Shown in pieces: positions 9,339 to 19,296 of a stretch of DNA of 64,000 nt (position 1 is its first letter; the number at the start of each line of letters is the position of its first letter). Made by a program: the position numbers and the translations under genes. A model generated the notes under the pieces. That model was not told where the DNA came from. It saw only the letters and a program-made list of their open reading frames with translations, and ran no database searches. This DNA comes from Nostoc sp. (GTDB taxonomy: Bacteria > Cyanobacteriota > Cyanobacteriia > Cyanobacteriales > Nostocaceae), in the NCBI RefSeq assembly GCF_036916975.1, contig NZ_JBALFF010000050.1, positions 40,633-104,632 of the forward strand. Reading direction: 5' to 3'.

Positions 9339-10928
9339 CTATAGCGGACGATAGACGCGATAGTTGATTTCGGGGAAGATATTATCAATTAACTCGACTT
9401 TTTCTAGCCAGCCACTGTCAACTTTGCCGATTTTCACGTCTTCATAGAGCTTATTAAACCGCATTAGGTGCGATCGCGTCCGTCTAATTGCATAGGGTAC
9501 CATTGTTCCCGTCCGCATAATAAATGCCCAGTCAGAAGATTGTGCTAATAACAATTCCCGGGCCGCTTGGTTAAGCGCTTTCAACTGCAATTCATCCTCT
9601 GGTTCCAAATACGATATTTCAATCATCCGTTCAGCAGCTTTGTGCAAATGCGGATAAACCCACGCGTTCGTTTCATTCAACCAATATTCGTGGAAACCCT
9701 TGAAACCCCAACTCGACTGCGAAGGACGACAAACTTGCTGCGTTGGCTGTTCCCGCAAATAGTCTGCTAAATGGGTCATTTGATATGTTTTTTGGTCATA
9801 CCACGACTTGCGGAATAGGTAATCGATAAACCAGGGGCCTTCATACCACCAATGTCCAAATAACTCTGCGTCATAAGGCGAAACGATAATTGGCGGGCGC
9901 TGCATTATACCATAGAGATGCTCAGATTGCCGCTCTCGGTTATACATAAAGTTATCAGCGTGTTCTGCGGCCTTTTCCCTAGCCCAATAGGGATCGTAAA
10001 GTGCCTTATCTGAAAGTCCTAAGCCACGCCCAGTAATCTTATGATACTTAATACCCGTATTTTTTCGTTGACCATTGGGCATGATGTAGGGTTTGATGTA
10101 CTCATATTCTGCTTCCCAGCCCAAATCTTTGTAAAATTCTCGATATTCTGCCGCCCCAGGATAGCCTACTTCAGAAGACCATACCTGTTGGGAAGATTCA
10201 TGATCTCGTCCAAAGACAGCAACACCAGTTTCCGTATAAATTGGGGCATAAGTGCCAAAGCGCGGACGGGGACGGGCGTAAAGGATGCCATGCCCATCAG
10301 TGAGGAAGTAACGTAACCCAGCATCGGCTAGCATCCGCTCTAAACCTTCATAGTAGGCGCATTCCGGCAACCAAATGCCTCTGGGCGGTTGTCCAAAGGT
10401 TTGTTCGTAATGTTCGCAAGCTACCCGAATTTGCGCCCACACCGCCTCTGGATACATTTTCATCAACGGTAAATAACCGTGAGTAGCGCCGCAAGTGATG
10501 ATTTCCAGGTTGTTACTGTCTTGGAACTGCTTAAAAGCTGTTACCAAGTCACCTTGATTGCGTTCCCATATTTGACGCGCTTCTTTAAACTCAGTAATGT
10601 AATGTTCGGCTAAATAACGAAGATGTCCGTTGTTGACATTATGTTCTGCTTCTAGTGCTATAAGTTCTTCTAGCTGGGTCAAGTGTGCGTCATAGCGTTC
10701 TTGCAGCAGAGGGTCACGAAGCATCGACACTAGAGGTGGTGTCATACTCATCGTGATTTTAAAGTCGATACCGTCTCGCTTTAAGCCTTCAAATACTTTT
10801 AATAAAGGGATGTAGGTTTCTGTGATGGCTTCATAGAGCCATTCTTCCTCCAGCACGTAGTCACTTTCCGGGTGACGAACGAAGGGCAAATGTGCGTGAA
10901 GTACAAGCGCGACGTAGCCGATAGCCAT
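9339..10928 (-). CDS. Glycoside hydrolase family 57 (1,4-alpha-glucan branching enzyme type, DUF1957)
   Basis: HAHLPFV, GIWLPECAY, PYDAELFGHWWYEG and AQSSDWAFI motifs. Confidence 0.95.
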   Translation of the reverse strand: MAIGYVALVLHAHLPFVRHPESDYVLEEEWLYEAITETYIPLLKVFEGLKRDGIDFKITMSMTPPLVSMLRDPLLQERYDAHLTQLEELIALEAEHNVNNGHLRYLAEHYITEFKEARQIWERNQGDLVTAFKQFQDSNNLEIITCGATHGYLPLMKMYPEAVWAQIRVACEHYEQTFGQPPRGIWLPECAYYEGLERMLADAGLRYFLTDGHGILYARPRPRFGTYAPIYTETGVAVFGRDHESSQQVWSSEVGYPGAAEYREFYKDLGWEAEYEYIKPYIMPNGQRKNTGIKYHKITGRGLGLSDKALYDPYWAREKAAEHADNFMYNRERQSEHLYGIMQRPPIIVSPYDAELFGHWWYEGPWFIDYLFRKSWYDQKTYQMTHLADYLREQPTQQVCRPSQSSWGFKGFHEYWLNETNAWVYPHLHKAAERMIEISYLEPEDELQLKALNQAARELLLAQSSDWAFIMRTGTMVPYAIRRTRSHLMRFNKLYEDVKIGKVDSGWLEKVELIDNIFPEINYRVYRPL

Positions 10929-11060
10929 AGTGATTTTGGGGTGATACTTGTAAGTTGAAGGTCGAGAGGTTTGGCTGAAATTAACAATATTTTAAGACTT
11001 TATGGGGATTGTAAGGTAGATTTATAGCAGTTTTCAATTAATTTAAAAGCCTTCTATTTC

Positions 11061-11777
11061 TCAGAATATTTGCTCAGGATCAATACCTGCGGTTCGCAAG
11101 CGTTCTGCCAATATTGCAGCCCGTTGACGTTCTTGTTCTAGTTGTTGATTTGCTTGCTGTAACTGTTGATTTGCTTCTTCCTCTGGTAACATCACCAGCT
11201 GTCTATCTGGTGTAAAAAACCGTAATTTGCCCAAAGATACTGCCAAATACAGCCCTAACTGCTGACTCCACAACCAACCTGACTCAGTGGGTACAATGTC
11301 TTGATATTGCCCATCAACTAAGTGAAATCCCTGTAATTCTAGGTTATTTGGGTCAAACCAGAAGTAATCTGGAGTGCGAAATGTATTCTGGTAAATTTGT
11401 TTTTTCAAACCTTTATCAACCGAGGCAGTGGAATCAGATAACATCTCAATAATCACATTGGGATATTTACCGTCTTCTTGCCAGACAACCCAGCTTTTGC
11501 GGTCTTTTTTTTCTGTATCTAAAACCAGAAAGAAATCAGGCCCTCGAAATTCTTCTGATTTTTTCTGGTTAGGACTGAAATAAATGGTCAGGTTGCCGGT
11601 AGCATAAAAATCTTGACGATCGCGCCACCACCATTTAATCAGGCGGATGAGTAAATCGATTTGTTCGCGGTGTAAATCAGATTCCAAAGGGGGTTCGTCA
11701 CTATAGATGTCGCCTGGTGGGAAAATTATACTCTCATTGACATCAGCTTGAGAAGCAGTGGCTAAAGGTTGAGACAT
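11061..11777 (-). CDS. Uma2 family endonuclease-fold protein (tandem copy)
   Basis: SDEPPLESDLH, GPDFFLV, PNVIIEMLS, PDYFWFDP motifs. Confidence 0.92.
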   Translation of the reverse strand: MSQPLATASQADVNESIIFPPGDIYSDEPPLESDLHREQIDLLIRLIKWWWRDRQDFYATGNLTIYFSPNQKKSEEFRGPDFFLVLDTEKKDRKSWVVWQEDGKYPNVIIEMLSDSTASVDKGLKKQIYQNTFRTPDYFWFDPNNLELQGFHLVDGQYQDIVPTESGWLWSQQLGLYLAVSLGKLRFFTPDRQLVMLPEEEANQQLQQANQQLEQERQRAAILAERLRTAGIDPEQIF

Positions 11778-11870
11778 AGCGATCGCCCTTTTTGTCTTTA
11801 TCCTATTGTGACTGAGCGATCGTTTTCAACACAAAGAAATATCGCACTCAAAGCAGATAAAGTTTTCTTT

Positions 11871-12632
11871 TTAGAATATTTGTTCAGGATCAATACCTGC
11901 GGCTCGTAAGCGTTCTGCCAATATTGCAGCCCGATGACGTTCTTGTTCTAGTTGTTGATTTGTTTGCTGTAACTCTTGATTTGTTTGCTGTAACTGTTGA
12001 TTTGTTTGCTGTAACTGTTGATTTGCTTCTTCCTCTGGTAACATCACCAGCTGTCCATCTGGTGTAAAAAAGCGTAATTTCCCAGACTCAACTCCTAAAT
12101 ATAAATCTAGCTGCTGACTCCACAACCAACCTGACTCAGTGGGTACAATGTCTTGATATTGCCCATCAACTATGTGAAATCCCTGCAATTCTAGGTTATT
12201 TGGGTCAAACCAGAAGTAATCTGGAGTGCGAAATGTATTCTGGTATATTTGTTTTTTCAAACCTTTATCAACCGAGGCAGTGGAATCAGATAACATCTCA
12301 ATAATCACATTGGGATATTTACCGTCTTCTTGCCAGACAACCCAGCTTTTGCGGTCTTTTTTTTCTGTATCTAAAACCAGAAAGAAATCAGGCCCTCGAA
12401 ATTCTTCTGATTTTTTCTGGTTAGGACTGAAATAAATGGTCAGGTTGCCGGTAGCATAAAAATCTTGACGATCGCGCCACCACCATTTAATCAGGCGGAT
12501 GAGTAAATCGATTTGTTCGCGGTGTAAATCAGATTCCAAAGGGGGTTCGTCACTATAGATGTCGCCTGGTGGGAAAATTATACTCTCATTGACATCTTTT
12601 ACACTAGCGGTGGCAGCAAGCGGCTGAGACAT
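11871..12632 (-). CDS. Uma2 family endonuclease-fold protein (tandem copy with longer heptad tail)
   Basis: Near-identical to 11061-11777; extra QQTNQ(Q/E)L heptads. Confidence 0.92.
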   Translation of the reverse strand: MSQPLAATASVKDVNESIIFPPGDIYSDEPPLESDLHREQIDLLIRLIKWWWRDRQDFYATGNLTIYFSPNQKKSEEFRGPDFFLVLDTEKKDRKSWVVWQEDGKYPNVIIEMLSDSTASVDKGLKKQIYQNTFRTPDYFWFDPNNLELQGFHIVDGQYQDIVPTESGWLWSQQLDLYLGVESGKLRFFTPDGQLVMLPEEEANQQLQQTNQQLQQTNQELQQTNQQLEQERHRAAILAERLRAAGIDPEQIF

Positions 12633-12722
12633 ACAAGATACTTTTTCTATTTATATTCATGCTACCGTGACCGACCTTTGCATAGAAGCGCGTAGCGCAG
12701 CCCGTCGTAGACATCGCACTGC

Positions 12723-13859
12723 TTATTCCTCATCCCGATATAAATCCTGCAAGTCCTGTAACTGAGTCTTGCGGGAAATTCGGCGATATTTTTTACTTTC
12801 TAGCTTGGGTTCGTATTGACTCTGCCCTTTGCCTTTGCTTTTGCTTTTTAACTTCATGGTAGATTCAGGATCGGCTTGTTGGTGCAGCTGATTTTCATGA
12901 GCGATCGCAGCATCCAAAAATTCTAAATAATGTTCATATCGTTCCCAGTCTCCCCGTACCGCACACTCCGGCTCGTCTCGATGCAGACAATCGCTAAACC
13001 GACAGCTAGCAACTGCTAACCGCTTTCGGGCTTCTGGGAAATAATGGATTAATTCTTCTGGGATACAATCCATATCCGGCTGATTAAAGCCGGGGGTATC
13101 TGCCAACAAACCACCGCTAGGCAACTCAAATAATTCTATATGGCGAGTCGTATGACGACCACGAGCTAGTTTGCCAGAAACTTCTCCTACTCGCAGTTCA
13201 AGAGAATTAATCAGCGAATTAATCAGGCTAGATTTACCCACGCCGGAAGGGCCAGCAATTACAGTAATTTTATTGCTCAAATATCTGGCTGCTTGCTCAG
13301 TATTTATACCATCTTTGACGCTGATAAATATTGGTTGATAGCCCCAACCAAGAAGGCGATCGCTAACTTGTTGCTGTTCCTGCTGTGAAATTAAATCACT
13401 TTTATTCAAACATAAAAGCACATCCAAACCAGTAGACTCAGCTTTAATCAGAAACCGACTTAGTTGATAAGGTTCCAAAGGCGGATCGGCAACGGCAAAT
13501 ACCAATAAGATTTGGTTGACATTGGCGATCGCTGGACGATCTAATTCGCTTTGGCGGGGTAAAACATCAGCGATCGCTCCCCGTCCCCCAGCCCAATCTG
13601 GTTCTTCTACCACAACGCGATCGCCCACCATCACCTGTTGTCCGATTTTTTTCAGGCGTGTTCGGCGAGTACAGAGAAGCAGGAGATCAGGGGGATGGGG
13701 AAGATGAGGAGGATCTTGCTCCCTCATCTCCCTCATCTCCCTCATCTCCCTCATCTCCCTCATCTCCCCATCCTCATCCAGCTGTACTCGGTAAAAATTA
13801 GCCTGTACAGCCACCACTGTACCCAATAACTGTCCAGTTGCAGCAAAATCCTCTGTCAT
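12723..13859 (-). CDS. rsgA: Small ribosomal subunit biogenesis GTPase RsgA
   Basis: Circularly permuted GTPase: NKSD, GPSGVGKSS, RHTT, DTPG; zinc finger C.F.DC.H..EP.C. Confidence 0.95.
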   Translation of the reverse strand: MTEDFAATGQLLGTVVAVQANFYRVQLDEDGEMREMREMREMREMREQDPPHLPHPPDLLLLCTRRTRLKKIGQQVMVGDRVVVEEPDWAGGRGAIADVLPRQSELDRPAIANVNQILLVFAVADPPLEPYQLSRFLIKAESTGLDVLLCLNKSDLISQQEQQQVSDRLLGWGYQPIFISVKDGINTEQAARYLSNKITVIAGPSGVGKSSLINSLINSLELRVGEVSGKLARGRHTTRHIELFELPSGGLLADTPGFNQPDMDCIPEELIHYFPEARKRLAVASCRFSDCLHRDEPECAVRGDWERYEHYLEFLDAAIAHENQLHQQADPESTMKLKSKSKGKGQSQYEPKLESKKYRRISRKTQLQDLQDLYRDEE

Positions 13860-14113
13860 TGGCTAGCAACTGGACGGCGGACTAACAGAGAAAAATAACT
13901 ATTACAGTCTGTAATTTGTTCCACCTGATAACCTGCCATTGTCAGACTATCGGGAACCTGCTCAATCGGCTCACCAGGGTCTAGCCAGACTTCTAGTAAA
14001 CCTCCCAATGGCATTTTCTCCAGACGTAATTTTGTCCGCACAAAATTAATTGGGCAAGGAGTGCCGCGTAAATCAAGTTGAGCATCAGGAGTTAAAAGAG
14101 AAGAGGGCTTCAT
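13856..14113 (-). CDS. TusA/SirA family sulfurtransferase
   Basis: LDLRGTPCPINFVRTKL motif. Confidence 0.9.
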   Translation of the reverse strand: MKPSSLLTPDAQLDLRGTPCPINFVRTKLRLEKMPLGGLLEVWLDPGEPIEQVPDSLTMAGYQVEQITDCNSYFSLLVRRPVASQ

Positions 14114-15240
14114 TACTTAAATAAATTTCCCAAGAATCCTTCTAGACCACCTTTTCCAGTGCGATCTCCCTTAATTTTAGCCAGCTTCTCCAACAGTTCC
14201 CTCTCCTCAGGGGTGACCTTGGTGGGAATATCAATTAATACTGTCAGCATGTGATCCCCTCTACTAACGGGATTACCCAAACGGGGTACGCCGCGATTTT
14301 CCAACTTCATCACCGTATTCGGTTGGGTTCCAGCCGGAATAATCAGTTCCACAGGGCCATCTACCGTATCTACCTCTAACCGACAACCTAAAATCGCTTG
14401 CAGGTAGCTAAGTTTGATTTCAGAGAGAATATTAATGCCATCCCGTTGGAATTCCTCGTCCTCATTTACGAACAAGTAAACGTATAAATCCCCAGGGGGA
14501 CCACTGCGTTGGCCGGCATCTCCTTCACTAGAAATCCGCAAGCGTGTGCCATTATCCACCCCAGCCGGAATGGTAATTTTGAGTTTCTTTGTGACTTGAT
14601 TTGCGCCCTTACCATCACAGGCATCACACTTATCTTCAATTACCATCCCTGTCCCATTGCAGGTGGGACAAGTCGAAACTTGAGTGAAACTGCCAAAAGG
14701 TGTTCTGGTGACACGGCGGACTTGACCAGATCCGCTACAAGTCGAACAAGTCCGGGGGCGGGTTCCAGGTTTAGCACCAGAACCGGTACAGACTTCACAA
14801 TTTTCTAGATGGGAAATGCGAATTTCTTTTTCCCCGCCAAATACCGCTTCCCGAAAGTCTAACTTCAGGTCTAGCCGTAGGTCATCACCCCTAGCAGGCC
14901 CACTGCGCCGTCTTTGTTGCGTAGGATTACCCATACCGCCAGCAAAGCCACTAAAAATGCTTTCAAAGATATCGGCAAAACCACCCATATCGCCGACATC
15001 TTGGAAACCTGAGCCAGCACCTGATACACCCTCTGGGCCAAAGCGATCGTAACGAGCGCGGGTTTCTGGCTCTGAGAGTACCTCATAAGCGCGGTTAATT
15101 TCTTTAAAGCGATCCTCCGCCCCGGGTTCTTTGTTCACATCTGGGTGATACTTCCGGGCTAAACGGCGATAGGCTTGTTTGATTTCTTCTTTGTCGGTGT
15201 CACGAGAGACACCCAGGATTTCATAATAGTCGCGGGCCAT
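14113..15240 (-). CDS. dnaJ: Chaperone DnaJ (class A)
   Basis: J domain with HPD, G/F region, four CxxCxGxG zinc-finger repeats. Confidence 0.97.
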   Translation of the reverse strand: MARDYYEILGVSRDTDKEEIKQAYRRLARKYHPDVNKEPGAEDRFKEINRAYEVLSEPETRARYDRFGPEGVSGAGSGFQDVGDMGGFADIFESIFSGFAGGMGNPTQQRRRSGPARGDDLRLDLKLDFREAVFGGEKEIRISHLENCEVCTGSGAKPGTRPRTCSTCSGSGQVRRVTRTPFGSFTQVSTCPTCNGTGMVIEDKCDACDGKGANQVTKKLKITIPAGVDNGTRLRISSEGDAGQRSGPPGDLYVYLFVNEDEEFQRDGINILSEIKLSYLQAILGCRLEVDTVDGPVELIIPAGTQPNTVMKLENRGVPRLGNPVSRGDHMLTVLIDIPTKVTPEERELLEKLAKIKGDRTGKGGLEGFLGNLFK

Positions 15241-15893
15241 ATAGCAAAGGTAAAAGTTAGAAGGAAGAAAGCAGAAGGTGAGCCTGCGCGGTCTTGGGGG
15301 TTCCCCCCATAAGCGACTGGCGAACCCGGAGGGCAGTAGAACGTCACGGTCACTTGCTACCCTACGGAAAGTGAAAGTGTTTTGCCTACAGATGAAGCAA
15401 CACAGTATTTTTTAGAGAGCGGCTTGCCGAAGGTTTGGCAGAAGATAAAATTAATTTTTGTTAATAACTGATTTTACCCTTTACCTTTTACAAAAATCAC
15501 CGACAAATCTTGAGCAACAGTTGCTTTTCTCGTGGGAGACGACAAAAGCGATAAAAGTTAGCAGCAGGTGAAGCCTATGCTAAGACTTTCCACTGCCGAG
15601 TCGGCTGTCTCTTTTTCAATTGTGCTACGTAGGAGAGGAAAACCCCGCCCATCAACAGAGGGGCTAGCCGCACCTAATGGTGTGGAAAACCACCCTTATG
15701 CAATGGAAGTGCATCTGAACTGGCACATTGCCTAGCCCACAGTAATTTGCTTCTACAATCTAGCAAACTGCTGGGGTCTTGTGAAACTTCACTAAATTTA
15801 TAATCTAAATATATAGATATAGTTTAGAACAGGGGAGGCAGGGGAGGTAGGAAAGAAATAACTAATGACTAATGCCCAATGCCCAATCCCTTA

Positions 15894-15984
15894 GGACTTA
15901 CGCTTTCAAGGCACTGAAAGCCTTGATTTCTCGTAGGGGCAATTCATGAATTGCCCCTACATTTCGTACTTGATGCGTAAGTCC
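15894..15984. mobile_element. TA-flanked MITE with TIR GGACTTACGC
   Basis: TA-GGACTTACGC...GCGTAAGTCC-TA; internal GTAGGGGCAATTCATGAATTGCCCCTAC palindrome. Confidence 0.75.
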
Positions 15985-15989
15985 TATCC

Positions 15990-17948
15990 CTAATCTATCG
16001 CCTCATAATCAACTTGGGCAGTACTTTCTTCGTCAAAATCAAAGTTGAATTGTGGTATTAGTGTGCCATTCATTGGTGAGTCTACTTCTGGGGTAAAGAG
16101 ATTCGCTGAAGCCTCTTCAGTCTCCTCATTTTGGCTGTTAGCTCGATTGTAGACATCAGCACCAATTGCAAACAGGGTTTGTTGGAAGTCGTCTAAGCGC
16201 TGCTTAAATTCCACAGTGGAAATACTAGAATCAATCATTGCAGCTTGGAGTTGTGAAACTTTTTCACTGGCCAAAGTTTTCATTTGCTCGCCGATAAAGT
16301 TGCTATTATCCTTCATCGTGGATTCGTAACTGAATAACAGATTATCTGCTTGGTTTTTGAGTTCAACCAGTTCTTTACGTCTTCTATCTTCGTCGGAAAA
16401 CATTTCGGCCTCTTGGCGCATCCGTTCGACTTCGTTGGTACTCAAACCACCTGTATTGGTAATCCTGATACTTTGTTCTCTACCTGTACCTTTATCTTGG
16501 GCAGAAACCTTCAAGATGCCGTTGACATCAATTTCAAAGGATACTTCAATTTGCGGTACCCCACGGGGCGATGGGGGAATTCCTGCTAGAAGAAACTTGC
16601 CGAGACTCTTGTTATCTCGTGACATTGCCCGTTCACCTTGGAGAATGTGAATTTCTACCGAGGTTTGTCCATCAACTGCTGTGGAAAAAATTTGTGACTT
16701 ACTAGTGGGAATTGTGGTGTTGCGTTCAATAATTTTCGTGAACACTTCACCCAAAGTTTCAATTCCCAACGACAGAGGAGTGACATCCAATAGTAAGAGA
16801 TTATCAACTTCGCCGCCCAACACACCTGCTTGGATAGCCGCTCCCAATGCTACCGCTTCGTCAGGGTTGATGGAGCGATCGGGGGCTTTGCCATTGAAAA
16901 ACTTAATTAGCGCGTTTTGGACTGCGGGAATACGGGTAGAACCACCTACCAAAATAATCCGATCTATATTTTGTGGTTTGAGATCCGCATCTTTGAGCGC
17001 TTGGATCATTGGTTCGATGGTACTTTCAATTAAATTAAGTGCCAGTTCTTCAAATTTAGAGCGGCTCAGTTCCATCTCCAGATGCTTTGGCCCGGTGTCA
17101 TCAGCCGTGATAAACGGCAAGTTGACGGAGGTATTCATCATGCTGGAGAGTTCAATTTTTGCCTTTTCTGCTGCTTCCCGCAAGCGTTGCAGTGCCATTT
17201 TATCTTGGGAAAGGTCGATTTTCTCTTGTTGCTGGAAGCGTTCCATCATCCAACGGACGATCGCATTATCAAAGTCGTCTCCACCCAGTTGATTGTTACC
17301 ACTAGTCGCCTTAACTTCAAAAACGCCATCCCCAAGTTGCAGGATCGATACGTCGAAGGTTCCGCCTCCCAAGTCAAATACTAAAATTAGCTGTTCTTGG
17401 TCTTGCTTGTCCAATCCGAAAGCTAAAGCCGCAGCTGTTGGTTCATTGATGATTCGCAAGACTTCTAATCCTGCAATTGTGCCAGCATCTTTAGTTGCTT
17501 GTCTTTGGGCATCTGTAAAATATGCTGGTACGGTAATTACTGCCTGAGTCACTTCTTCACCCAAGAAGCTTTCTGCATCCTGCTTAAGCTTTTGCAGGAT
17601 CATCGCGGACAATTCTTGTGGCGTGTAGTTTTTTGAGCGAATTTGGACATCAACGGTATCGTCTCGACCTTTGACACAGTTGTAGGGGACGCGATCGCGT
17701 TCTATTTCAGTGTCGTCCCAACGCCGCCCGATAAATCGTTTAATACTGTAAATTGTGTTTTCGGCATTGGTTACGGCTTGGCGCTTTGCCAATTGACCAA
17801 TCAAGCGATCGCCACTCTTGCCAAATCCCACAATACTTGGAGTAGTTCGTCCACCTTCAGAATTGGAGATCACCAGTGGTTGACCGCCTTCCAAAACTGC
17901 GACGCAACTGTTAGTAGTGCCTAAGTCGATCCCAATAACTTTTCCCAT
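15990..17948 (-). CDS. dnaK: Chaperone DnaK (grpE-linked paralog)
   Basis: [23 protein letters not shown] and [11 protein letters not shown] motifs. Confidence 0.98.
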   Translation of the reverse strand: MGKVIGIDLGTTNSCVAVLEGGQPLVISNSEGGRTTPSIVGFGKSGDRLIGQLAKRQAVTNAENTIYSIKRFIGRRWDDTEIERDRVPYNCVKGRDDTVDVQIRSKNYTPQELSAMILQKLKQDAESFLGEEVTQAVITVPAYFTDAQRQATKDAGTIAGLEVLRIINEPTAAALAFGLDKQDQEQLILVFDLGGGTFDVSILQLGDGVFEVKATSGNNQLGGDDFDNAIVRWMMERFQQQEKIDLSQDKMALQRLREAAEKAKIELSSMMNTSVNLPFITADDTGPKHLEMELSRSKFEELALNLIESTIEPMIQALKDADLKPQNIDRIILVGGSTRIPAVQNALIKFFNGKAPDRSINPDEAVALGAAIQAGVLGGEVDNLLLLDVTPLSLGIETLGEVFTKIIERNTTIPTSKSQIFSTAVDGQTSVEIHILQGERAMSRDNKSLGKFLLAGIPPSPRGVPQIEVSFEIDVNGILKVSAQDKGTGREQSIRITNTGGLSTNEVERMRQEAEMFSDEDRRRKELVELKNQADNLLFSYESTMKDNSNFIGEQMKTLASEKVSQLQAAMIDSSISTVEFKQRLDDFQQTLFAIGADVYNRANSQNEETEEASANLFTPEVDSPMNGTLIPQFNFDFDEESTAQVDYEAID

Positions 17949-18185
17949 AATTATCAGTATTTTTACCGAGTTTTTTGCTGTAGTATGTCGCGGACTAGCT
18001 CAAAACTTCAGCATATAGAAATGGGGAAAGTAGGGGAGCAGGGGGAGATGAGGGAGATAAGGGAGTAAATTCCTCCTTATCCCCCTCATCCTCCTCATCT
18101 CCCTCATCCTCTCCATCCCTCAATAATGATGCTCGTCCTTGCTAGAACCCAGGCACTTTCGGTCAGCGAGGCGAGCGATTACAGC

Positions 18186-18863
18186 TTAACTGAAGGCTTG
18201 ACTCGACTGATCTTCTGGTGCAGAAGGGCTATCTTCCTTGGGAGCAGCTACTTTGACCATTGCATGGCGTAGCACGCGATCGCCCAAGTAATATCCGCGC
18301 ACTAACTCTTCTAACACTGTTCCTTCAGGATGTTCATCCGTAGGTTCGCGCATTACTGCTTCATGGAGGTTCGGATCAAATTCTTGACCTTCAGGACGCA
18401 TTGGTGATACACCCAAGCGCTTCAGGCTATCTACCAATTGTTTGTAAACGCCTTGGTAACTTTTGTGCATGGTCATTTCGCCTTCAGATTGGGGTTTGAG
18501 GTGCGATCGCGCCCGCTCAAAATTATCGACCACTGGCAGCAATTCCAGAATCGTGTTCCGCTTCATCAGCGTCTCTAACTCTTCTTTTTCTTTGCTGGTA
18601 CGTTTCCGGTAATTCTCAAAATCAGCAGCAATCCGCATATATTGAGTACTACGTTCTTCTAGTTGCGTTTTGAGAGAGTCGATTTGTTGAGTCAGTTCTG
18701 CCAAAGCTGCTGTTTCCATTCCAGTTTTCTCACTTGCAGCGACGCTATTTTCTGGATTGAGATTAGCCGTATCCCCCGATATATTGGTTTGGGCTGCCAC
18801 TTGCTCTGTCACCTCGTTACCAGATTCATTGAAATTAATTTGGGCTGGGGAGTCACTCTTCAT
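18186..18863 (-). CDS. grpE: Nucleotide exchange factor GrpE
   Basis: [17 protein letters not shown] and [11 protein letters not shown] motifs. Confidence 0.97.
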   Translation of the reverse strand: MKSDSPAQINFNESGNEVTEQVAAQTNISGDTANLNPENSVAASEKTGMETAALAELTQQIDSLKTQLEERSTQYMRIAADFENYRKRTSKEKEELETLMKRNTILELLPVVDNFERARSHLKPQSEGEMTMHKSYQGVYKQLVDSLKRLGVSPMRPEGQEFDPNLHEAVMREPTDEHPEGTVLEELVRGYYLGDRVLRHAMVKVAAPKEDSPSAPEDQSSQAFS

Positions 18864-19296
18864 TGCTTACTTTACCTCTGTTGGTTCACCCAATTGCTGG
18901 CTTGTATTGTTTATCTGTTTATTTTCATCCATTATTGTCTACTCATTCCAGATGCTTTTTATGGCAGTGTATCTCCCCAGCTTGCAACCGTCGTCATCCA
19001 CGACTTGCCAGTGAGGCTGATTTTGTTGCCGACAAGTTTCTGAAAATGATGTAACCGTTTTCTTATTGTGACAAATGGTGAACACCTTAGCCCAGACCCC
19101 ACTAAGGCGGGAACCCGAACGAGTAATTTACAAGGTAGCGCTGAATGTGACTCGCCCCTGATCTTATTTGAAAATATCTTTAATTTTTAATTCAAAGTAA
19201 AGCGACGTGACTCAGGACTTTTTTGAGAAATGAGAATTCTGTCTCACAGCCTGGGAATACTTTAACCAGAGGTTTCCCCAAATCAATTGCTCATTT

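Noticed and set aside
16350-17924. Long plus-strand ORFs antisense to dnaK (and similar shadows on dnaJ, pilB/T/C, GH57 and the kinases)
   Set aside because: These are typical antisense shadow frames of well-supported genes, with no motifs.
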